A stretch of DNA of 64,000 nucleotides from Ptychomitrium polyphyllum (lineage: Eukaryota), in contig OZ316776.1 of the NCBI GenBank assembly GCA_973851085.1, forward strand, positions 8,866,001 through 8,930,000. Reading direction: 5' to 3'. Made by a program: the position numbers and the translations under genes. Of the stretch, positions 63,011 through 64,000 are shown piece after piece. Numbering within the stretch: position 1 is the stretch's first letter; every line of letters begins with the position of its first letter. The notes below the pieces were generated by a model. It saw nothing but the letters and a program-made list of their open reading frames with translations. It was not told the DNA's origin and searched no databases.

Positions 63011-64000
63011 GGCTGGTTTCAATGACACTACACAAGAATGTGCTCCTTGTGCTCCTTCACCAGATGAAATGCAAACTCATCAATATCCTACGAATTGCGT
63101 CAATTGTGTTCAACAATGGTTTAGGCTTCTCAAGCTTATAAAATTCCAATCTATAGATATGTATAGATTGGTACAATGTATAGATTAGTAATGATGAGGC
63201 TTACACATCTGCCTCAGTGCTAGTTGTGTAAGCCTTCGTGAGAACTCCTATATATGTGTGTAACTCTCATACGGGACAGGTCCTTGTGAACCAACACTTC
63301 AGATACGGGACAATCTGTGACGTTACGCCACTTGAGGCAGAGCAAGCCACCTTAGTACAGTAGTTAATGTAATCACTCAACACAACCAAATTATGAAACA
63401 GCTGATATCTATTTCCTATGATGTCGAAGGCCCTAGGTTCGTTCCCGGTAGCGGATAGCATATATTAGCGTTTAGAATCTTAAAGTATGACCTTTTTGGA
63501 CCGGATATTTGTGAATTATATTTTCTAATGAGAAAGCGATCATGGTAACACATGCTTTCCATTTCATACAATGTGATTTCCAAAATTGTTTAATACAAAC
63601 AGTGATGAAGTCCTTGACGATGTGCTCAAATTAGAAGCGCAGAGTTTGACTTACGCACGAGGATTCTGGAAGGTGGTCTGTTTTGTGATTGAGCTGTAAA
63701 GACAACCACGCTGAATAGTCTAGTTATGTCGCTTGCCCCCAGTGAGGGCCTGCTGTAATTACATACAGCTAGGCTCAAACCATCGCCCTACTACCAATGG
63801 AGCAGCCAGATTCTCAATATCTAAATTCCACCTCTTCTAACTATCTGTATTCTACTTCTTCTACCTGTATCCTACTCCTGTCTAAATTCCAACGATACAG
63901 CTGAATTCGCTCTACCTAGACTATACACAGAAGTATGCATCAATGTAAATAGAATATTCACAAACGCAAAATTTGTTTGTAATAAGATGAAGATACAGAA

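Overview
Mostly intron-rich land-plant nuclear DNA, moss-like by inference from gene style and a DFE-type kinase family. Host features in order: a probably decayed TL29/APX4 copy (-), a 40 x 38-bp minisatellite plus a ~6 kb AT-rich block, a BSU1-family kelch phosphatase (+), a DUF1677 gene (+), a 2OG-Fe(II) dioxygenase (-), a PAQR/heptahelical protein (+), a DUF1399/GRDP-like gene (-), an unusual RING-Pumilio-RING gene (-), AP-4 sigma (+) and a three-exon gene of unknown function (-). At ~56563 the sequence switches, with no gap, to very GC-rich actinobacterial DNA that runs to a 100-N gap at 61846-61945. This block holds the aspS 3' end, a nested palindrome with 12-bp repeats, and a cluster of ABC ATPase, permease, lipoprotein and secreted beta-propeller phosphoesterase. 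It is most likely chimeric contamination, with recent HGT not excluded. Host DNA with a protein kinase pseudogene follows the gap. All gene models were read by eye and no database search was run.
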